Assembly: GCA_041690595.1 (NCBI GenBank)
Contig: JAWLHB010000002.1
Coordinates: forward strand, 62,001 to 126,000
Direction: 5' to 3'
Origin: Lentisphaeria bacterium
Lineage (GTDB): Bacteria > Verrucomicrobiota > Lentisphaeria > JABSQK01 > JAWLHB01
Length of the DNA stretch: 64,000 nucleotides
Made by a program: the position numbers and the translations under genes. Within the stretch, counting starts at the first letter, position 1. Every line of letters begins with the position of its first letter. Below, piece by piece: positions 9,313-20,472 of the stretch. The notes below the pieces were generated by a model. It searched no databases. It was not told where the DNA came from and saw nothing but the letters and a program-made list of their open reading frames with translations.

Positions 9313-10707
9313 GTGAACAGGCAGCCGGACATACTGGTATTCATGACCGATCAGCAGCATCATGAGACGGTGATGGGACGGCCCCATCTCGGGCGACTGA
9401 TGGCGCGCGGCACCCACTTCACGCACGCCTTTTGCCCGACGCCGATCTGCACGCCGTCACGGGCTTCAGTGCAGACAGGCCTGGTCCCTCACCGGCACAA
9501 GCTGATGCACAACACGCACAAGCAGTACCATATCGTCGAAGAGCTGGACAGCCGTCTGCCGACGCTGGGGAAGCTGCTTTCGGCAAGCGGGTACGCCACC
9601 TGCTACGTTGGCAAATGGCACGTGGGAAACCAACTGGGGCCATGCGCGCATGGGTATCGCGAGCACCTTCAGCCGCGATGCCACATCAGCGGCTGGGAAG
9701 GCTTGGAGGACGTCGTGCGTATCCCTGGCGAGGGTCGTCGCGCCGTCATTTCGGCCGCCACCTCACAACCCGCGGACGACCATGAGGCAATGCGCGTGGC
9801 CGACGCTGTCTGCGAACGCCTGGAGCGCCATGACGAGGAGCCCCTGCTGCTTTTCGCGTCGACGACCGCACCGCACGTGCCCTGGCTCTGCCCCGCATCG
9901 CATGCGCATCGGCATGACCCGGCCGCGATCCCCATGCCCGCCTCGTATGATGACGACATGCGGGGCCGACCGGGTGCCTACCTCCGCCACCAGAACCTCC
10001 ACAACGAATGCCGAATGCCCAACCGCTGGCCGGACGTTGCTCGCGCCCTCAGCCACTACCACGGTATCATCGACCTGATCGACGAGGCCCTCGGCCGCAT
10101 CCTCGACTGCCTTGCCAGGACCGGGCGCCTCGACAATACCCTGATCGTCTTCTGCTCCGACCATGGAGAGATGGCCGGCGCGCACGCCATGATCGGCAAG
10201 GGTGAATTCCTGCTCGATGACATCGTCCGTACCCCCCTCGTCATCGCGCCTCCGGGCGGTAGCGCCAGACATGTGGCCGATGAACTCGTCTCGCTGACGG
10301 ATCTGTATGCCACCCTTCTCGCCGCCGCCGGTTCTCCCGTCACGCCGCCTGATGAGAGCCGCAATCTCCTGCCGCTGCTCGATGGACCGGCGGGCTTTTC
10401 GGACCAGATATGTTTCGAACACAATGGCTCGCTCTTCCACAACAGCCTGCGCGCCATCCGTACGCGGACCCACAAGTACATCTTCCGCCCTCATGACGAA
10501 GATGAGCTCTACGATCTCTCCGCCGATCCAGGCGAAACCCTCAACCGCGCGAAAGATCCAGCCTATGCCTCCATTCTTGTCGATCTACAATCCCGCCTGC
10601 TCACATGGATGGAGGAGACGGATGACATGGCCGCCACCGGCGCCCGACGCCTGATGACCCCACCCAGCCACACCAGGGATCTCCCCCATGTCAACACTCC
10701 AGCATGA
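9313..10707 (+). CDS. Formylglycine-dependent sulfatase
   Basis: ILVFMTDQ, CTPSRASVQTG (CxPxR), YVGKWHVG, PHVP, SDHGEM, ELYDLSADPGE. Start GTG 9313 or TTG 9310. Confidence 0.9.
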   Translation: MNRQPDILVFMTDQQHHETVMGRPHLGRLMARGTHFTHAFCPTPICTPSRASVQTGLVPHRHKLMHNTHKQYHIVEELDSRLPTLGKLLSASGYATCYVGKWHVGNQLGPCAHGYREHLQPRCHISGWEGLEDVVRIPGEGRRAVISAATSQPADDHEAMRVADAVCERLERHDEEPLLLFASTTAPHVPWLCPASHAHRHDPAAIPMPASYDDDMRGRPGAYLRHQNLHNECRMPNRWPDVARALSHYHGIIDLIDEALGRILDCLARTGRLDNTLIVFCSDHGEMAGAHAMIGKGEFLLDDIVRTPLVIAPPGGSARHVADELVSLTDLYATLLAAAGSPVTPPDESRNLLPLLDGPAGFSDQICFEHNGSLFHNSLRAIRTRTHKYIFRPHDEDELYDLSADPGETLNRAKDPAYASILVDLQSRLLTWMEETDDMAATGARRLMTPPSHTRDLPHVNTPA

Positions 10708-11779
10708 AGTCGATGCCATGCTCGAAGCGCTGATCGCCGCGCAACGCCGCGGCGGCAGGGAGCGCCTCCCGCCGGAGCGCGAACTGAGCGCCCGTTGGGG
10801 CGTCTCGCGCGTCACCCTTGCCAAGGTGATTCAGGACCGCGTCAGTCGCGGCATTCTGGAGCGCCGTCGCGGCAGCGGCACCTACATCCTGCAGATGAAC
10901 GAGAGCGGCCGCACCCTCTGCCTTGGCGTCCTCCTGCGCCGCCGTTACGCCAGAAACGACGCCCATTTCATGCACCTCATCGACGGCATCGCCCGTCATG
11001 CGGACAGCCATAACTGCGACCTGCAGATCTTCGACGGGATCGAGGAGCTGCTGGAGCGGGATCCGCGACAGAACCGCCTCTTTCGCGCCATCGATGCCGG
11101 TATGGTGGACGGCCTGCTGGTGATCAGCCGAATGTCGGCCGCGATGCTGGGAGACTTGCGAGCGCGCGTGCCGATGGTCATTGTCCACAACACCGGCGGC
11201 ACCGAATCACTGCCCGCGGTCATCCCCGACTGGTCGGCCAGCGGCTTCCTGGCAACACAGCATCTGCTTCAGCGTGGCCATCGCCGCATCGCCTATGTCG
11301 CCCATCATTTCGATCAGCAACTGGTCGTCTTCGAGCAGAGCGGCTATCGGCTGGCATTCCGGGCCGCGGGGCTGCCGGAGCCGGATCCTTCCCTTCTCTG
11401 CCAGACGCGCGGCGTTGACTCCAGTTTCGACGCCGACCACGTGCGCCACTTTCTCGAAACCGTCCGCCCCACGGCTCTCTACGTACACGATGACCGCCTC
11501 GCCGCGGTCATGATAGCCGCCGCCGCCGAGATCGGCCTCGAGATTCCGCGGGACCTCTCCCTGGTTGGCTATGGGCACTTCACCCGCGATCTGCCCCTGC
11601 TACAGCGCTTGACCACCATCGATCCGGACTGGTCGGCCATCGGCCGGCGCAGCATCGAGCTGCTCAGCGGCATGATTGCCGGAGAAGCCGTCGAATCGAC
11701 CATCACGGTCATATCGCCGTCCCTCATTGAGGGCGATACCGTTGCGCCCCCATCTCCCCGGCCCCAAGCCCAACCATGA
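10688..11779 (+). CDS. GntR wHTH + LacI-type sugar-binding domain regulator (AraR-like)
   Basis: [19 protein letters not shown]...RRRGSGTY, followed by a LacI-type domain ([30 protein letters not shown]). Confidence 0.9.
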   Translation: MSTLQHEVDAMLEALIAAQRRGGRERLPPERELSARWGVSRVTLAKVIQDRVSRGILERRRGSGTYILQMNESGRTLCLGVLLRRRYARNDAHFMHLIDGIARHADSHNCDLQIFDGIEELLERDPRQNRLFRAIDAGMVDGLLVISRMSAAMLGDLRARVPMVIVHNTGGTESLPAVIPDWSASGFLATQHLLQRGHRRIAYVAHHFDQQLVVFEQSGYRLAFRAAGLPEPDPSLLCQTRGVDSSFDADHVRHFLETVRPTALYVHDDRLAAVMIAAAAEIGLEIPRDLSLVGYGHFTRDLPLLQRLTTIDPDWSAIGRRSIELLSGMIAGEAVESTITVISPSLIEGDTVAPPSPRPQAQP

Positions 11780-11814
11780 GATATTCCAAACTTCAACCGC
11801 AGGAGTCTGCCATC

Positions 11815-12579
11815 ATGAAGTCGCCCCTTAACGCAAGATCCATATCCACGCGTTTTACCCTGATCGAGCTGCTCGTCGTTGTTGCCATAATCGCTATTCT
11901 GGCCTCCATGCTCCTGCCGGCGCTGGGCAAGTCCCGGGAAATGGCGCGACGCTCCTCCTGCCTCAACAATCTCAAGCAGATCGGACTGGCGACGACCATG
12001 TACGCGGACGAGCACGACGATTACCTCCCGCCGCGACCGACCGCCAACTATCAGGACACCGGCCTCGCCTGGCGCTACAGCGGCACCCCCCCCCGCGAAT
12101 ACGTCACCCTCGGATGGCTGCTCCTCGGCTGGCGCGCAGGCGGCGGCGGTGCCTATCTTGGCGGTCCAGACTCCTTCTTCTGCCCATCACGTGTCGATCC
12201 AACGGGCGACATCACCCCCACCAACTTCAAGGCTCGCTTCGAGAGCACCAACTCCAGTCCCGCCACCATCAGCTACTCGGCAAACAACCACCCGTTTCTC
12301 TGGGACACCACTTATCAGCGGCTCAATCGCGCCGCGGCTATGGACTACCTCTGGGCCGCTGACCGCTACAGCCTGAACTCCAGGCAGGTCAATCACGCCT
12401 CGGCCTCCATCTACCCAGTGGGCCACAACTACCTCTTCTTTGACGGATCCGTCACCTGGTATCGCCACCTGATCGCCATGATCGACGTCAACGGGATCGG
12501 CCGGCAGAAGGGAAACACCTACTGGGATTCCGAGATGTTCAAGTATACCCGCGCCGCGCTCGAGAGGAGGTCGCTGTGA
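11815..12579 (+). CDS. Prepilin-type N-terminal cleavage/methylation domain protein (DUF1559-like)
   Basis: [29 protein letters not shown]...[15 protein letters not shown]-terminal NH...[17 protein letters not shown] at 11801. Confidence 0.9.
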   Translation: MKSPLNARSISTRFTLIELLVVVAIIAILASMLLPALGKSREMARRSSCLNNLKQIGLATTMYADEHDDYLPPRPTANYQDTGLAWRYSGTPPREYVTLGWLLLGWRAGGGGAYLGGPDSFFCPSRVDPTGDITPTNFKARFESTNSSPATISYSANNHPFLWDTTYQRLNRAAAMDYLWAADRYSLNSRQVNHASASIYPVGHNYLFFDGSVTWYRHLIAMIDVNGIGRQKGNTYWDSEMFKYTRAALERRSL

Positions 12580-15500
12580 TCAAGGCCTTCCTCCTCAGAC
12601 TGCCGGCCATCGTGGCCCTTCTTCCAGGCATGACGCTCGCGACGATGCTCGACGAGGACTTCCAGCACGACCTGTCCCCCTCGTGGAAACTCGTCTCCAA
12701 GGGCATCCAGATCGTGGCGGAGGACGAGGCAAAGCCCGACGGTAACCGCGTCGCCCGCTTCACCGCTCCCGGGCAATGGCTGGCAGGCCCTCATCTTCGC
12801 CCCGGCGACTGGCAGAGCGCCATTCAACTGGGCGATGAACTGGACGACTGGCAGGACTACAAGCTGACCTTTCGCTTCCGCGCCGGCAACATTCCCGATG
12901 TTCCCGCTCAGGTGCGTGGCAGAGGCGTCCTCTTTCGCGTCCTCTGGCGAGTCAATCCCGCCGAAGACAACCCCAACGAGAGCTACGACCTCGAGTTCCG
13001 CTGGAACCGCCATAATGGCGACTGGGAGCTGATGGGACCGCGCGTTCACTGGGCAGGCGCTGCCACTCGGCCGGAAGCCGTCGACGAACTCGGCCCGGCC
13101 GGCGGCAAGGCCGACAACGCCTGGCATACCATCGAGATCTCCGTCCAGGGCGACACCATCACCACCATGTTCGACGGCGACTTTCACATGCGCGTCCGCG
13201 ATACCCGCATCGGCCAGGGAACCATCGCCTTTCAGAGCGCCTGGAGCCCAGACATCGACCCAGGCTTCGTCGAAATTGACGACATTCATGTGGAAGCCAT
13301 CGGCACCGGCAACGCCACCGCCCTCTCGCCCAACGAGCGCCTGCTCCAGAACCTCGCGCGCGGCTGCCTCTTCGCCTATCTGCCCTCCCGCAACAGCCTG
13401 CATGCCACCTTCGACTTCAGCCGCTCCCGCGTCTACGACCGCAAGGCCGTGGCCATGGGCAGCACCTTCACCGGCGCTCACCTCCGCCTCCTCGACAAGG
13501 ATCGCCACACCCTGGCCGAAGCACGGCTCTCTCTATCGGAGGGAGTTGGCCCAGAAGTGCAACTGGAGCTTCCACCACTGCAGGGCGAGTATCGCGTCGC
13601 CTTCACACTGGAAAGCCCGGAAGGCCCCCTCACCATCGAAAAGCCCCTGCTGCGCCAGAGCTTTCCGTGGGAAGGGAACACCCTCGGCATCAGCGACCAG
13701 ATCTATCCCCCCTTTACCCCCGTCGCCGTGGACCACCTTGCCGTCGATGTCGTGCAGCGCCGCCATGCCATGAATGCCTTCGGCCTCTGGGACTCCATCG
13801 TCAGCCAGGGGCGCGAGCTGCTGGCCGCGCCCATCACCGTGCGCGCCCGCATGGCGGGAGGCGAAGCAGCCTGGCGTAACGGCGACATCAAGCTCCTGAA
13901 ACAGACAGCGGCGGCGGCACGCTTCGCCTCCACCATCGCCAGCGACCCCGTCATCATCGAAGCTCACTCCACGATCGAGTTCGACGGCTGCATGAAGGTG
14001 GAGATGACCCTCGCCCCAGGCCCACGCCCGCAACAGGTGGAGCGGCTCTGGATCGACATTCCGCTCCGCGATCTCGAAGCCCCCCTTCTCCACACCTACG
14101 TCGACGGCATGCGCATCAACCATGCGGGCGCCACCCCCGCGGGAGAAGGATCGATCTGGCAGAGCGCCATGGCACGCCGCCGCGACGAGTGGCGGAACAG
14201 CTTCTGCAGCTATCTCTGGCTCGGTGCTGAAGAGCGGGGACTGGCCTGGTTTGCCGAGAATGATCGCGGTTGGCTCACTGCCCGGGACGGTGGCAACGCC
14301 CCACTCCAGGAACTCATCCGCGAAGGAGACCGGCTGACCCTCCGGGTCTACCTCGTCAATACCCCTTCCACCATCACCACCCGTCATCATCTCGTTTTCG
14401 GCCTCCAGGCATCGCCAACCAAGCCCATGCCCGACGACTGGCGCCTCCGCGGCGACTACATGCCGCCGATATCCGGGCCGGTATCGCCATGGGGCGGCCT
14501 GAGCTGCTCCTACAAAGGACCCTATCGCGGCGACTGGACGATCGTCGATCGCATTGCCGCCGCCCACAAGAGTGGCAAGCTCGACGAAGAGTGGCTGGCC
14601 GCCTATGTCGCCGCCCACGATCCACCCCCGGTTCAGGGAACCAATCCATGGGCCGACAGCGTCCGCAAGTTCGTCGACAAGTGGGCCATCCCCCGTCGAA
14701 CACGCCCCGCCATGGTCTACTCCGAAGAGATGGCTGCCTGTACCCTTCAGCCCGAATGGTGGACCTTTCAGGACGAATGGACCATGCTCAACGCCTACAC
14801 CCAGCGGGAGCAACGCACCGACGACGCGTTCCGCAAAGGCCCCACCCCATCCTCCGCCCGTTCCGCCTTTCCCCCTTCTTACCAGGAGTACGCGCTCTGG
14901 TATCACAACGAATGGCTCAAACGCGGCATCAGCCTCTACTGGGACAACTGCCACCCTATCGCCTCCTCCAATCCCCGCACGTCGGCAGCCTATGTCACGG
15001 AGAGCGGCGCCATCCAACCCGCCCTCGTCATCTGGAACCAGCGCGACTACATGAAGCGTACCTGGAACCTGCTCCAGTACTGGAAGAGACATCAGCCCGA
15101 CGAGGTGGAGTGGTCGGTGCATCGCACCAACACCCAGCTCCTGCCGCTCCATGGCTGGGCGACGATCAGCCTCGATCTGGAGTGGAGCGCCCGCTATACG
15201 CAGCCCTTCCCGGCCGATGAAATCCGAACCACTGTGATGGGGAGACAGACCGGTGTCTACGGAGCGGATCACCGCAGCCTCTTCGGCAAGACCAACCCGG
15301 TCATGCTGGCCTATGCCGACACGCATCCCGAATGGCCCGGTCGTGCCTCGTGGGGCATGCGCATGGTGCACGAACTGGCACGCCGATCCGTGGTGACACC
15401 CGGCTTTGGCCCCGAGGCAAGCGAAGCCGCGGTCGCCCTCGACAACCTCGTCGTCAACTTCGGCTATGGTGACGATGAGGTAGCGGTTCACAACTACTGG

Positions 15501-15773
15501 GCGGACTCTCCCGCCGTGAGCATCTCCCATGATGAGGTCAAGTGGCTGGCGCTATCGAGAAACGATGGCGCCGAAGCGTTGATCGTCCTCGCCAGCTGGT
15601 CGCCCGAAGCCCTCTCAGTCGAGCTGACCCTGCACAACGCCCTCAAGGGGGCGACAACCGTCACCGACGCGGAAACGGGCGCCACGATCGCCTCCACTCC
15701 CGGTCCAACCTTTGCCATAGCGCTGCCGCCCGCTTACGGCGTTCGCGTCCTCAATCTGAAGCAGATACCTTAA
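12576..15773 (+). CDS. Large secreted putative glycoside hydrolase (N-terminal jellyroll + DUF6067-like domain)
   Basis: Signal peptide. N-terminal beta-sandwich ([34 protein letters not shown]). EFDGCMKV, plus motifs shared with the window-start paralog. Confidence 0.7.
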   Translation: MIKAFLLRLPAIVALLPGMTLATMLDEDFQHDLSPSWKLVSKGIQIVAEDEAKPDGNRVARFTAPGQWLAGPHLRPGDWQSAIQLGDELDDWQDYKLTFRFRAGNIPDVPAQVRGRGVLFRVLWRVNPAEDNPNESYDLEFRWNRHNGDWELMGPRVHWAGAATRPEAVDELGPAGGKADNAWHTIEISVQGDTITTMFDGDFHMRVRDTRIGQGTIAFQSAWSPDIDPGFVEIDDIHVEAIGTGNATALSPNERLLQNLARGCLFAYLPSRNSLHATFDFSRSRVYDRKAVAMGSTFTGAHLRLLDKDRHTLAEARLSLSEGVGPEVQLELPPLQGEYRVAFTLESPEGPLTIEKPLLRQSFPWEGNTLGISDQIYPPFTPVAVDHLAVDVVQRRHAMNAFGLWDSIVSQGRELLAAPITVRARMAGGEAAWRNGDIKLLKQTAAAARFASTIASDPVIIEAHSTIEFDGCMKVEMTLAPGPRPQQVERLWIDIPLRDLEAPLLHTYVDGMRINHAGATPAGEGSIWQSAMARRRDEWRNSFCSYLWLGAEERGLAWFAENDRGWLTARDGGNAPLQELIREGDRLTLRVYLVNTPSTITTRHHLVFGLQASPTKPMPDDWRLRGDYMPPISGPVSPWGGLSCSYKGPYRGDWTIVDRIAAAHKSGKLDEEWLAAYVAAHDPPPVQGTNPWADSVRKFVDKWAIPRRTRPAMVYSEEMAACTLQPEWWTFQDEWTMLNAYTQREQRTDDAFRKGPTPSSARSAFPPSYQEYALWYHNEWLKRGISLYWDNCHPIASSNPRTSAAYVTESGAIQPALVIWNQRDYMKRTWNLLQYWKRHQPDEVEWSVHRTNTQLLPLHGWATISLDLEWSARYTQPFPADEIRTTVMGRQTGVYGADHRSLFGKTNPVMLAYADTHPEWPGRASWGMRMVHELARRSVVTPGFGPEASEAAVALDNLVVNFGYGDDEVAVHNYWADSPAVSISHDEVKWLALSRNDGAEALIVLASWSPEALSVELTLHNALKGATTVTDAETGATIASTPGPTFAIALPPAYGVRVLNLKQIP

Positions 15774-15786
15774 GAGGAAGAAGACC

Positions 15787-16980
15787 ATGCCCGATCATTG
15801 CCTGAAGGAACGCCTCGCCCTTGCCTGCCGCTGGCTCACCGATGTCGCGCAGGTAACCGACGCCGCGGACATCACCGATGACCACCGACGCCGCCACCGC
15901 CACCAGCACTGGACAGGCGCCATCCGGGGCGAGTATCGCGCCAGCGAACGCAAGTGGTCCTTCTTCTGCCCAGTCTGGCATACCGGTCAGGCCGTCAAGG
16001 CCCTCGTCATGGCCAGCCACCACCTTGGCGACCACCTGCTCCAACCCGCCATCGCGGGCGCCGACTTCATCCTCGCCAACCAGCTCACCAAGGGCCCGGA
16101 TGCCGGCCTCATCCTCGCCTGGGAAGATCATCCCGACAAGGTCAACACCTCCGCCATCCTTGAAGGGCTTGACGGCCTCTTCATGCTCTCCGACGCCACC
16201 GGCGACAAGCGCTACCGCGACGCCGCACTGGCCGCCCTCACCTGGATCGCCGATCATGCCTGGATTCAGGGCGAGGGACTCTTGCGCGACCTTTACGATG
16301 TCGACAACCGCCGCTTTATCGAGCGCGGTTATCTGGTCACTGGGCGACCCCTTCTGGACGACGGCATCTTCCTGCGAGGTTTCGAGGAAAATGGCGAGCC
16401 ACGCTTTCGGACGCTGGCTCTGGAGATTGCCGAACGGCTCCTGGTCGATGAGGATCCCGACGGAAATTGGGTCACCTACCCGCCCTGCAACCTGTATAAG
16501 GAGATGCTGCATCCGCGCCACGCCTTCTGGTGGGGGCGACCCATGCTCAAGGTATTCGATCATACCGGCGACAAGCGTTTCCTCGACCTCTTCAAGCGCA
16601 GCGTCAACTGGTATGTCAACGCCATGACCCTCGACGGCGCCATCATGCGCGGCACCCGGCGTGACTTCAAGACCGACTCCTTCGGCCATGCGACCTCCGG
16701 CACGGCCGGCGCTCTGCTCATGTTCGTCGAGGCCGCCACCAAGGCCTATGACAACACCCTGGCCGAGCCCATCCAGCGCGCCCTCGCCTTCTGTCTTCGC
16801 ATGCAGTTCACCAAAGCGCAGGACCCGAACCTCCAGGGAGCCATCCTCGAAAAAGTACTCCCGCCGGACGGCTCCGATGCCAGCCCCTACTATCTGCGCG
16901 ATCTGGGCACCATCTTCTTCATCCAAGCGGCCAGCGATTATCTGCATGCCGTCGACAAGGGAAAGCTCCCTCCCGCATGA
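15787..16980 (+). CDS. Putative (alpha/alpha)6-barrel carbohydrate-active enzyme
   Basis: Repeated hairpin motifs ATGDKRYRDAA, ENGEPRFRTLA and HTGDKRFLDLF. RBS GAGGA. Family not resolved. Confidence 0.6.
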   Translation: MPDHCLKERLALACRWLTDVAQVTDAADITDDHRRRHRHQHWTGAIRGEYRASERKWSFFCPVWHTGQAVKALVMASHHLGDHLLQPAIAGADFILANQLTKGPDAGLILAWEDHPDKVNTSAILEGLDGLFMLSDATGDKRYRDAALAALTWIADHAWIQGEGLLRDLYDVDNRRFIERGYLVTGRPLLDDGIFLRGFEENGEPRFRTLALEIAERLLVDEDPDGNWVTYPPCNLYKEMLHPRHAFWWGRPMLKVFDHTGDKRFLDLFKRSVNWYVNAMTLDGAIMRGTRRDFKTDSFGHATSGTAGALLMFVEAATKAYDNTLAEPIQRALAFCLRMQFTKAQDPNLQGAILEKVLPPDGSDASPYYLRDLGTIFFIQAASDYLHAVDKGKLPPA

Positions 16981-16994
16981 TTGGGCGGACAGCC

Positions 16995-19061
16995 TCAGCC
17001 AACCTCGCCGATCCGCGAATGCCAGACGCGGCCGCTCCCCTGCACGTCGCCGCACGCCCACGGGTGATTCATGTGCAGGTGCTGAACCACCAGCCGATCG
17101 GTGCGATCCGCCAGGCGAATCTCGATCCCCGTCATCTCCCAAGGCGACAACTGCTCTCCGTCGGCAAAGACCGGAACCACGCTGGCGCGTGCTGCCGGAA
17201 CGGCATCATCACTGAAGGGCACCAGCACCATCGCCATGACCAGATCGCCCCCGGTTGCCGATATCGTCATATGATCCGGATTCTGATAGGAACTGATCGG
17301 ATGTGGGCAGGGCTCGACGGCCACCTCGCCGGTCAGGCCGGCCACGGGTGCCAGCAGCACATTGCCTCCCGCGCCGCTGCTGCGCACTCCCCCTCCCGCC
17401 AGCACTGCCGAAAGCAGATGCCAATGCTGTGTATAGAGATGATCCGCCTCGCTGCCATTCGTAAACCGGTCGATCACGACCCAGTACTCCCCGCGCAGAT
17501 AGAAGACCTTGCGCCGGACGGCCACCACCGGCGCCGGCAGCCGTCGATACGCCTCATGGACCCCGCTGAACCAGCAGTGCGTCGCGGCGCTCTGCCACTC
17601 GTCCACCAGCGGCGCCTCGTTCCACCCGTAGCGATAGATCTGGACGACCGGCACGATATCCTCCCCGTCAACCGTGGTCACGTTGTGAGCGCTGCTGCCC
17701 ACCCGCCATCGTCGTTTCATCGGGTCGTTGCGAATCTCCGGAATCGACTGATAACTGCCGTCGTCAGCGGTGACATCCCCATACCAGTTGTCAACCAGCA
17801 CGCGGCGCCCGCGCACGCAGAGTTCGAGATTGAGCAGGTCGGCATGCTTGTGGCTGCTGACGGTGGGGCCGATCGGCATCGCGTTGATCGCCATCCACTC
17901 CCCATCCGGCCCCCAGCTCGAGCGCATCGCATAGAGGCCGCTCGCCCGCAGCGCCGTGTCCAGCTCCGGCTCTTCCGCCAGCAGCACGCCGTAAGCAGCG
18001 GCCAGATCCTCCCCATGATCCGGCAGAAAGCCCGGCGGCACTCCCGGCTCCAGGACTTCGACCGCTCCCTTCGCCCGCGACAGCGCGAAGCGCGCTGCCA
18101 GGCATCGCGTCACCTGCCCATAGCCGGACTCGGCAAAGACTGTCGGCTTCCAGGCGGCGCCGCCGGCGCTGGCCGACGAATCGCCGAAGAGCGGCCCGTC
18201 GCCATCCGACCCCTGCATGCGCCACGTCGCGTCGGCGATTGTCTTCATCTTCGCACTGAAATCCGCGGAAAAAGTCACGCCATGGCGTTGCGCCAGCAGC
18301 CAGAACGCCATCACGTTCGAGAAGGCAAAGGCATGATACCCGGCCGCCCCCTCGCGGGACCACCCATCCTCGGCAAAGAGCAGCGACACCTCACGCTCCA
18401 GGTAAGTCGGAGCCAGTGCCCGGAAAGGCTGCAGATTCCTGAACACCCCGAAGAGCCTGCCCGCCATCCAGAGCCCATACAGACTGTGAATGTACCAGTT
18501 ATGCCCGCTCGTACCCAGCGTCCGCTCACCCCAGCCCCGCGCCGAACGATTCTCGACAGGGGCTATCGCGCAAAGCCAGCCGATGATCGGCAGCAGCGCC
18601 GAATCCGGCACCGCGGTCAGCGGGCAGAGGCAGCGCAGCAGGTTGGCCACCCCGTGCGTAATGCCGAAGCACCAGACGTTGCGTCCCCACTCCCCCTGTC
18701 GCTCCAGCACCTTCGCCGCCAGCAGCTCTGCCCGGGCCGAGTCGATCCCCAGCGCCAGAGTCTCCGCGCCCAACGCGGCAAACGCGTTATTGTGAGGCGG
18801 AAAGAAGAGATCACCCGCCAGCGCCTTGTCGACCCGGCTCCGCGCCCGTTCCACCTCCGCCCCCGTCGCCATCTCTCTCAGCCGCTGAAGATATCCGTCG
18901 TCGAAGCCGAAGTAGTTCTCTCCCCGCCCCCGGATCACCCGCAGGGCATGCAGCACCTGCTCCATCGGAGCAGCGCTTTCCATCCCCGTCTCCAGACCCG
19001 GCTCGCTCCAGTCGATCAACTCAGCCAGCACCGAACAATCCTGCGTACTCGACATTTCCAT
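16995..19061 (-). CDS. Heparinase II/III family polysaccharide lyase
   Basis: GHNW, DGWSREGAAGYH, PLFGDS, SGLYAMRSSW, HKHADLL, LVD, SSAHNVTTVDG, YWVVIDR. Confidence 0.85.
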   Translation of the reverse strand: MEMSSTQDCSVLAELIDWSEPGLETGMESAAPMEQVLHALRVIRGRGENYFGFDDGYLQRLREMATGAEVERARSRVDKALAGDLFFPPHNNAFAALGAETLALGIDSARAELLAAKVLERQGEWGRNVWCFGITHGVANLLRCLCPLTAVPDSALLPIIGWLCAIAPVENRSARGWGERTLGTSGHNWYIHSLYGLWMAGRLFGVFRNLQPFRALAPTYLEREVSLLFAEDGWSREGAAGYHAFAFSNVMAFWLLAQRHGVTFSADFSAKMKTIADATWRMQGSDGDGPLFGDSSASAGGAAWKPTVFAESGYGQVTRCLAARFALSRAKGAVEVLEPGVPPGFLPDHGEDLAAAYGVLLAEEPELDTALRASGLYAMRSSWGPDGEWMAINAMPIGPTVSSHKHADLLNLELCVRGRRVLVDNWYGDVTADDGSYQSIPEIRNDPMKRRWRVGSSAHNVTTVDGEDIVPVVQIYRYGWNEAPLVDEWQSAATHCWFSGVHEAYRRLPAPVVAVRRKVFYLRGEYWVVIDRFTNGSEADHLYTQHWHLLSAVLAGGGVRSSGAGGNVLLAPVAGLTGEVAVEPCPHPISSYQNPDHMTISATGGDLVMAMVLVPFSDDAVPAARASVVPVFADGEQLSPWEMTGIEIRLADRTDRLVVQHLHMNHPWACGDVQGSGRVWHSRIGEVG

Positions 19062-19254
19062 GGGTAGCCCATCCTTTTGGCAAGACCGTTTCGGCCGGAA
19101 GTCACGAGACAGACAGGAAGCTATCCCCACTTTTTCCCCGAGCAAGCCCCTTTCCCCCCGCCACCACGAAAAAGGCTGGCAACCTGCGTCCACACAGCCC
19201 CGCCATCGCCCTACTCCCCCTACTTCGCCTTCCTCTCTCGCCAATACCAGCCGC

Positions 19255-19282
19255 TTGATACCGACCAGCCAAACGCTACATT
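19255..19282 (+). promoter_or_regulatory. Candidate sigma70 promoter
   Basis: TTGATA - 16 bp - TACATT upstream of the 19322 gene. Confidence 0.4.
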
Positions 19283-19321
19283 CTACTTATCAGGAACAAC
19301 CCGGCGAGTCAGGAAAAGGTC

Positions 19322-19720
19322 ATGTCCGCAAACTCAGCAGCAACGACGGCCCCTGAAGGTGTAATTGCCTGCCGGCACACGGGGTCATTCCTGATTGTCT
19401 TCTACATGTTGGCGATAATGTGGGGTCTACGCAACACCTACCAGAACACCCCTTCGGCGCTGGATCTGCTGGTACCCGTCTCCCTCGCCTTCTCCTTGGG
19501 ATGGTGGGCCATTGTCGACGCACGCCTCCGGCATTCCCCAATCCCTTTCTTATCCCAGTCGTGGTTTGTCCTCCTCGCCGCGTTCGTTGTCCCGGCCTAC
19601 GCTATCTGGAGTCGACGTTGGGCTGGCCTTGGCTGGGTCGCCTTGCATGTCGTGATCTGGCTCGTGCTGGCAACCGCGAGCATGCAGATCGGCGCCTTCC
19701 TCATCTACGGCCAGCCTTGA
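19322..19720 (+). CDS. Small multi-pass membrane protein, hypothetical
   Basis: About four hydrophobic segments. RBS AGGAAAAGG. Confidence 0.6.
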   Translation: MSANSAATTAPEGVIACRHTGSFLIVFYMLAIMWGLRNTYQNTPSALDLLVPVSLAFSLGWWAIVDARLRHSPIPFLSQSWFVLLAAFVVPAYAIWSRRWAGLGWVALHVVIWLVLATASMQIGAFLIYGQP

Positions 19721-19742
19721 ATTGACATTAGGAGAAGGATAG

Positions 19743-20117
19743 ATGGCTTCGCGCAAGAAGAAGTTGAAGGAAAAAGTCCCCGAGAAGAAGCTATCCGAGT
19801 CCTTTCTGGAGTTCGCCTGGCCACTCCTTGAGCTTGCCGACACCAATTTGGGAAAGCCGGAGATGGAGGTGATTCTCAATATCCCCTTCACCATCTGGAA
19901 CGCCGTCATCCTGGACGCCGAAGACAGCAACAACCACTTCGTAGACATGTTGCGGAAACTGACCGCAGGCGATCCGATCATTGAGCAGATGCTCGAGCGC
20001 AGAAGGACCGAGTTCGCCCACGACCGCCGGCTGATCGGTACATACACTCTCTTGCAGGAGAACGGCGAGTGGCGGCTTCGCGTGGAGCATCGGGCATCAC
20101 GTCCACCACCCAGATAA
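19743..20117 (+). CDS. Hypothetical protein
   Basis: RBS AGGAGAAGGA. Basic N-terminus and globular-looking composition (KLSESFLEFAWPLL, IWNAV, DRRLI). Confidence 0.7.
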   Translation: MASRKKKLKEKVPEKKLSESFLEFAWPLLELADTNLGKPEMEVILNIPFTIWNAVILDAEDSNNHFVDMLRKLTAGDPIIEQMLERRRTEFAHDRRLIGTYTLLQENGEWRLRVEHRASRPPPR

Positions 20118-20266
20118 CGCCACGCACAAGGTCATGCTCCCCTGCTGCCGAAGCATTTCCCGCAAGCTGCAGGCATATTCTGCGCTCCCCTGGTTGACAT
20201 GAAAAACAACAAAGCCTGACAAAGCCGCCTGCCCCATCCCGCGTCCCCAGCCTGCCCGAGCGCCAT

Positions 20267-20445
20267 CCGTCAATATGGTCAATGCCGTCAATACGGTCAG
20301 TACGGTCCCTGCCATACCTCCCCTTCTTCCCATTCCTCCCAACCCGGCACATACCTCCCCTTCTTCCCCTTCTTCGCGTCCCTGCGTCCGCGTCTCCGCG
20401 GCAAGCCCAACAGCCTTCCTCAGTGATCTCTGAGTCCTCTGTGGC
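20267..20445. repeat. Mosaic of short-period (8-9 nt) degenerate tandem repeats
   Basis: GTCAAT-type 9-mers, then CTTCTTCCC-type 9-mers, then GTCCGCGTCTCCGCGG, then CTCAGTGATCTCTGAGTCCTCTGTGG. Lies between convergent genes. Confidence 0.7.
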
Positions 20446-20472
20446 AAAGGTCCTGTCGCCTCTCCGCCCCCC

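Noticed and set aside
12086..12094. C9 tract in the pilin-like gene as a phase-variation switch (also C9 at 4428-4436)
   Set aside because: Both are in frame, encode prolines and are plausible by chance at this GC content; no read-level evidence is available.
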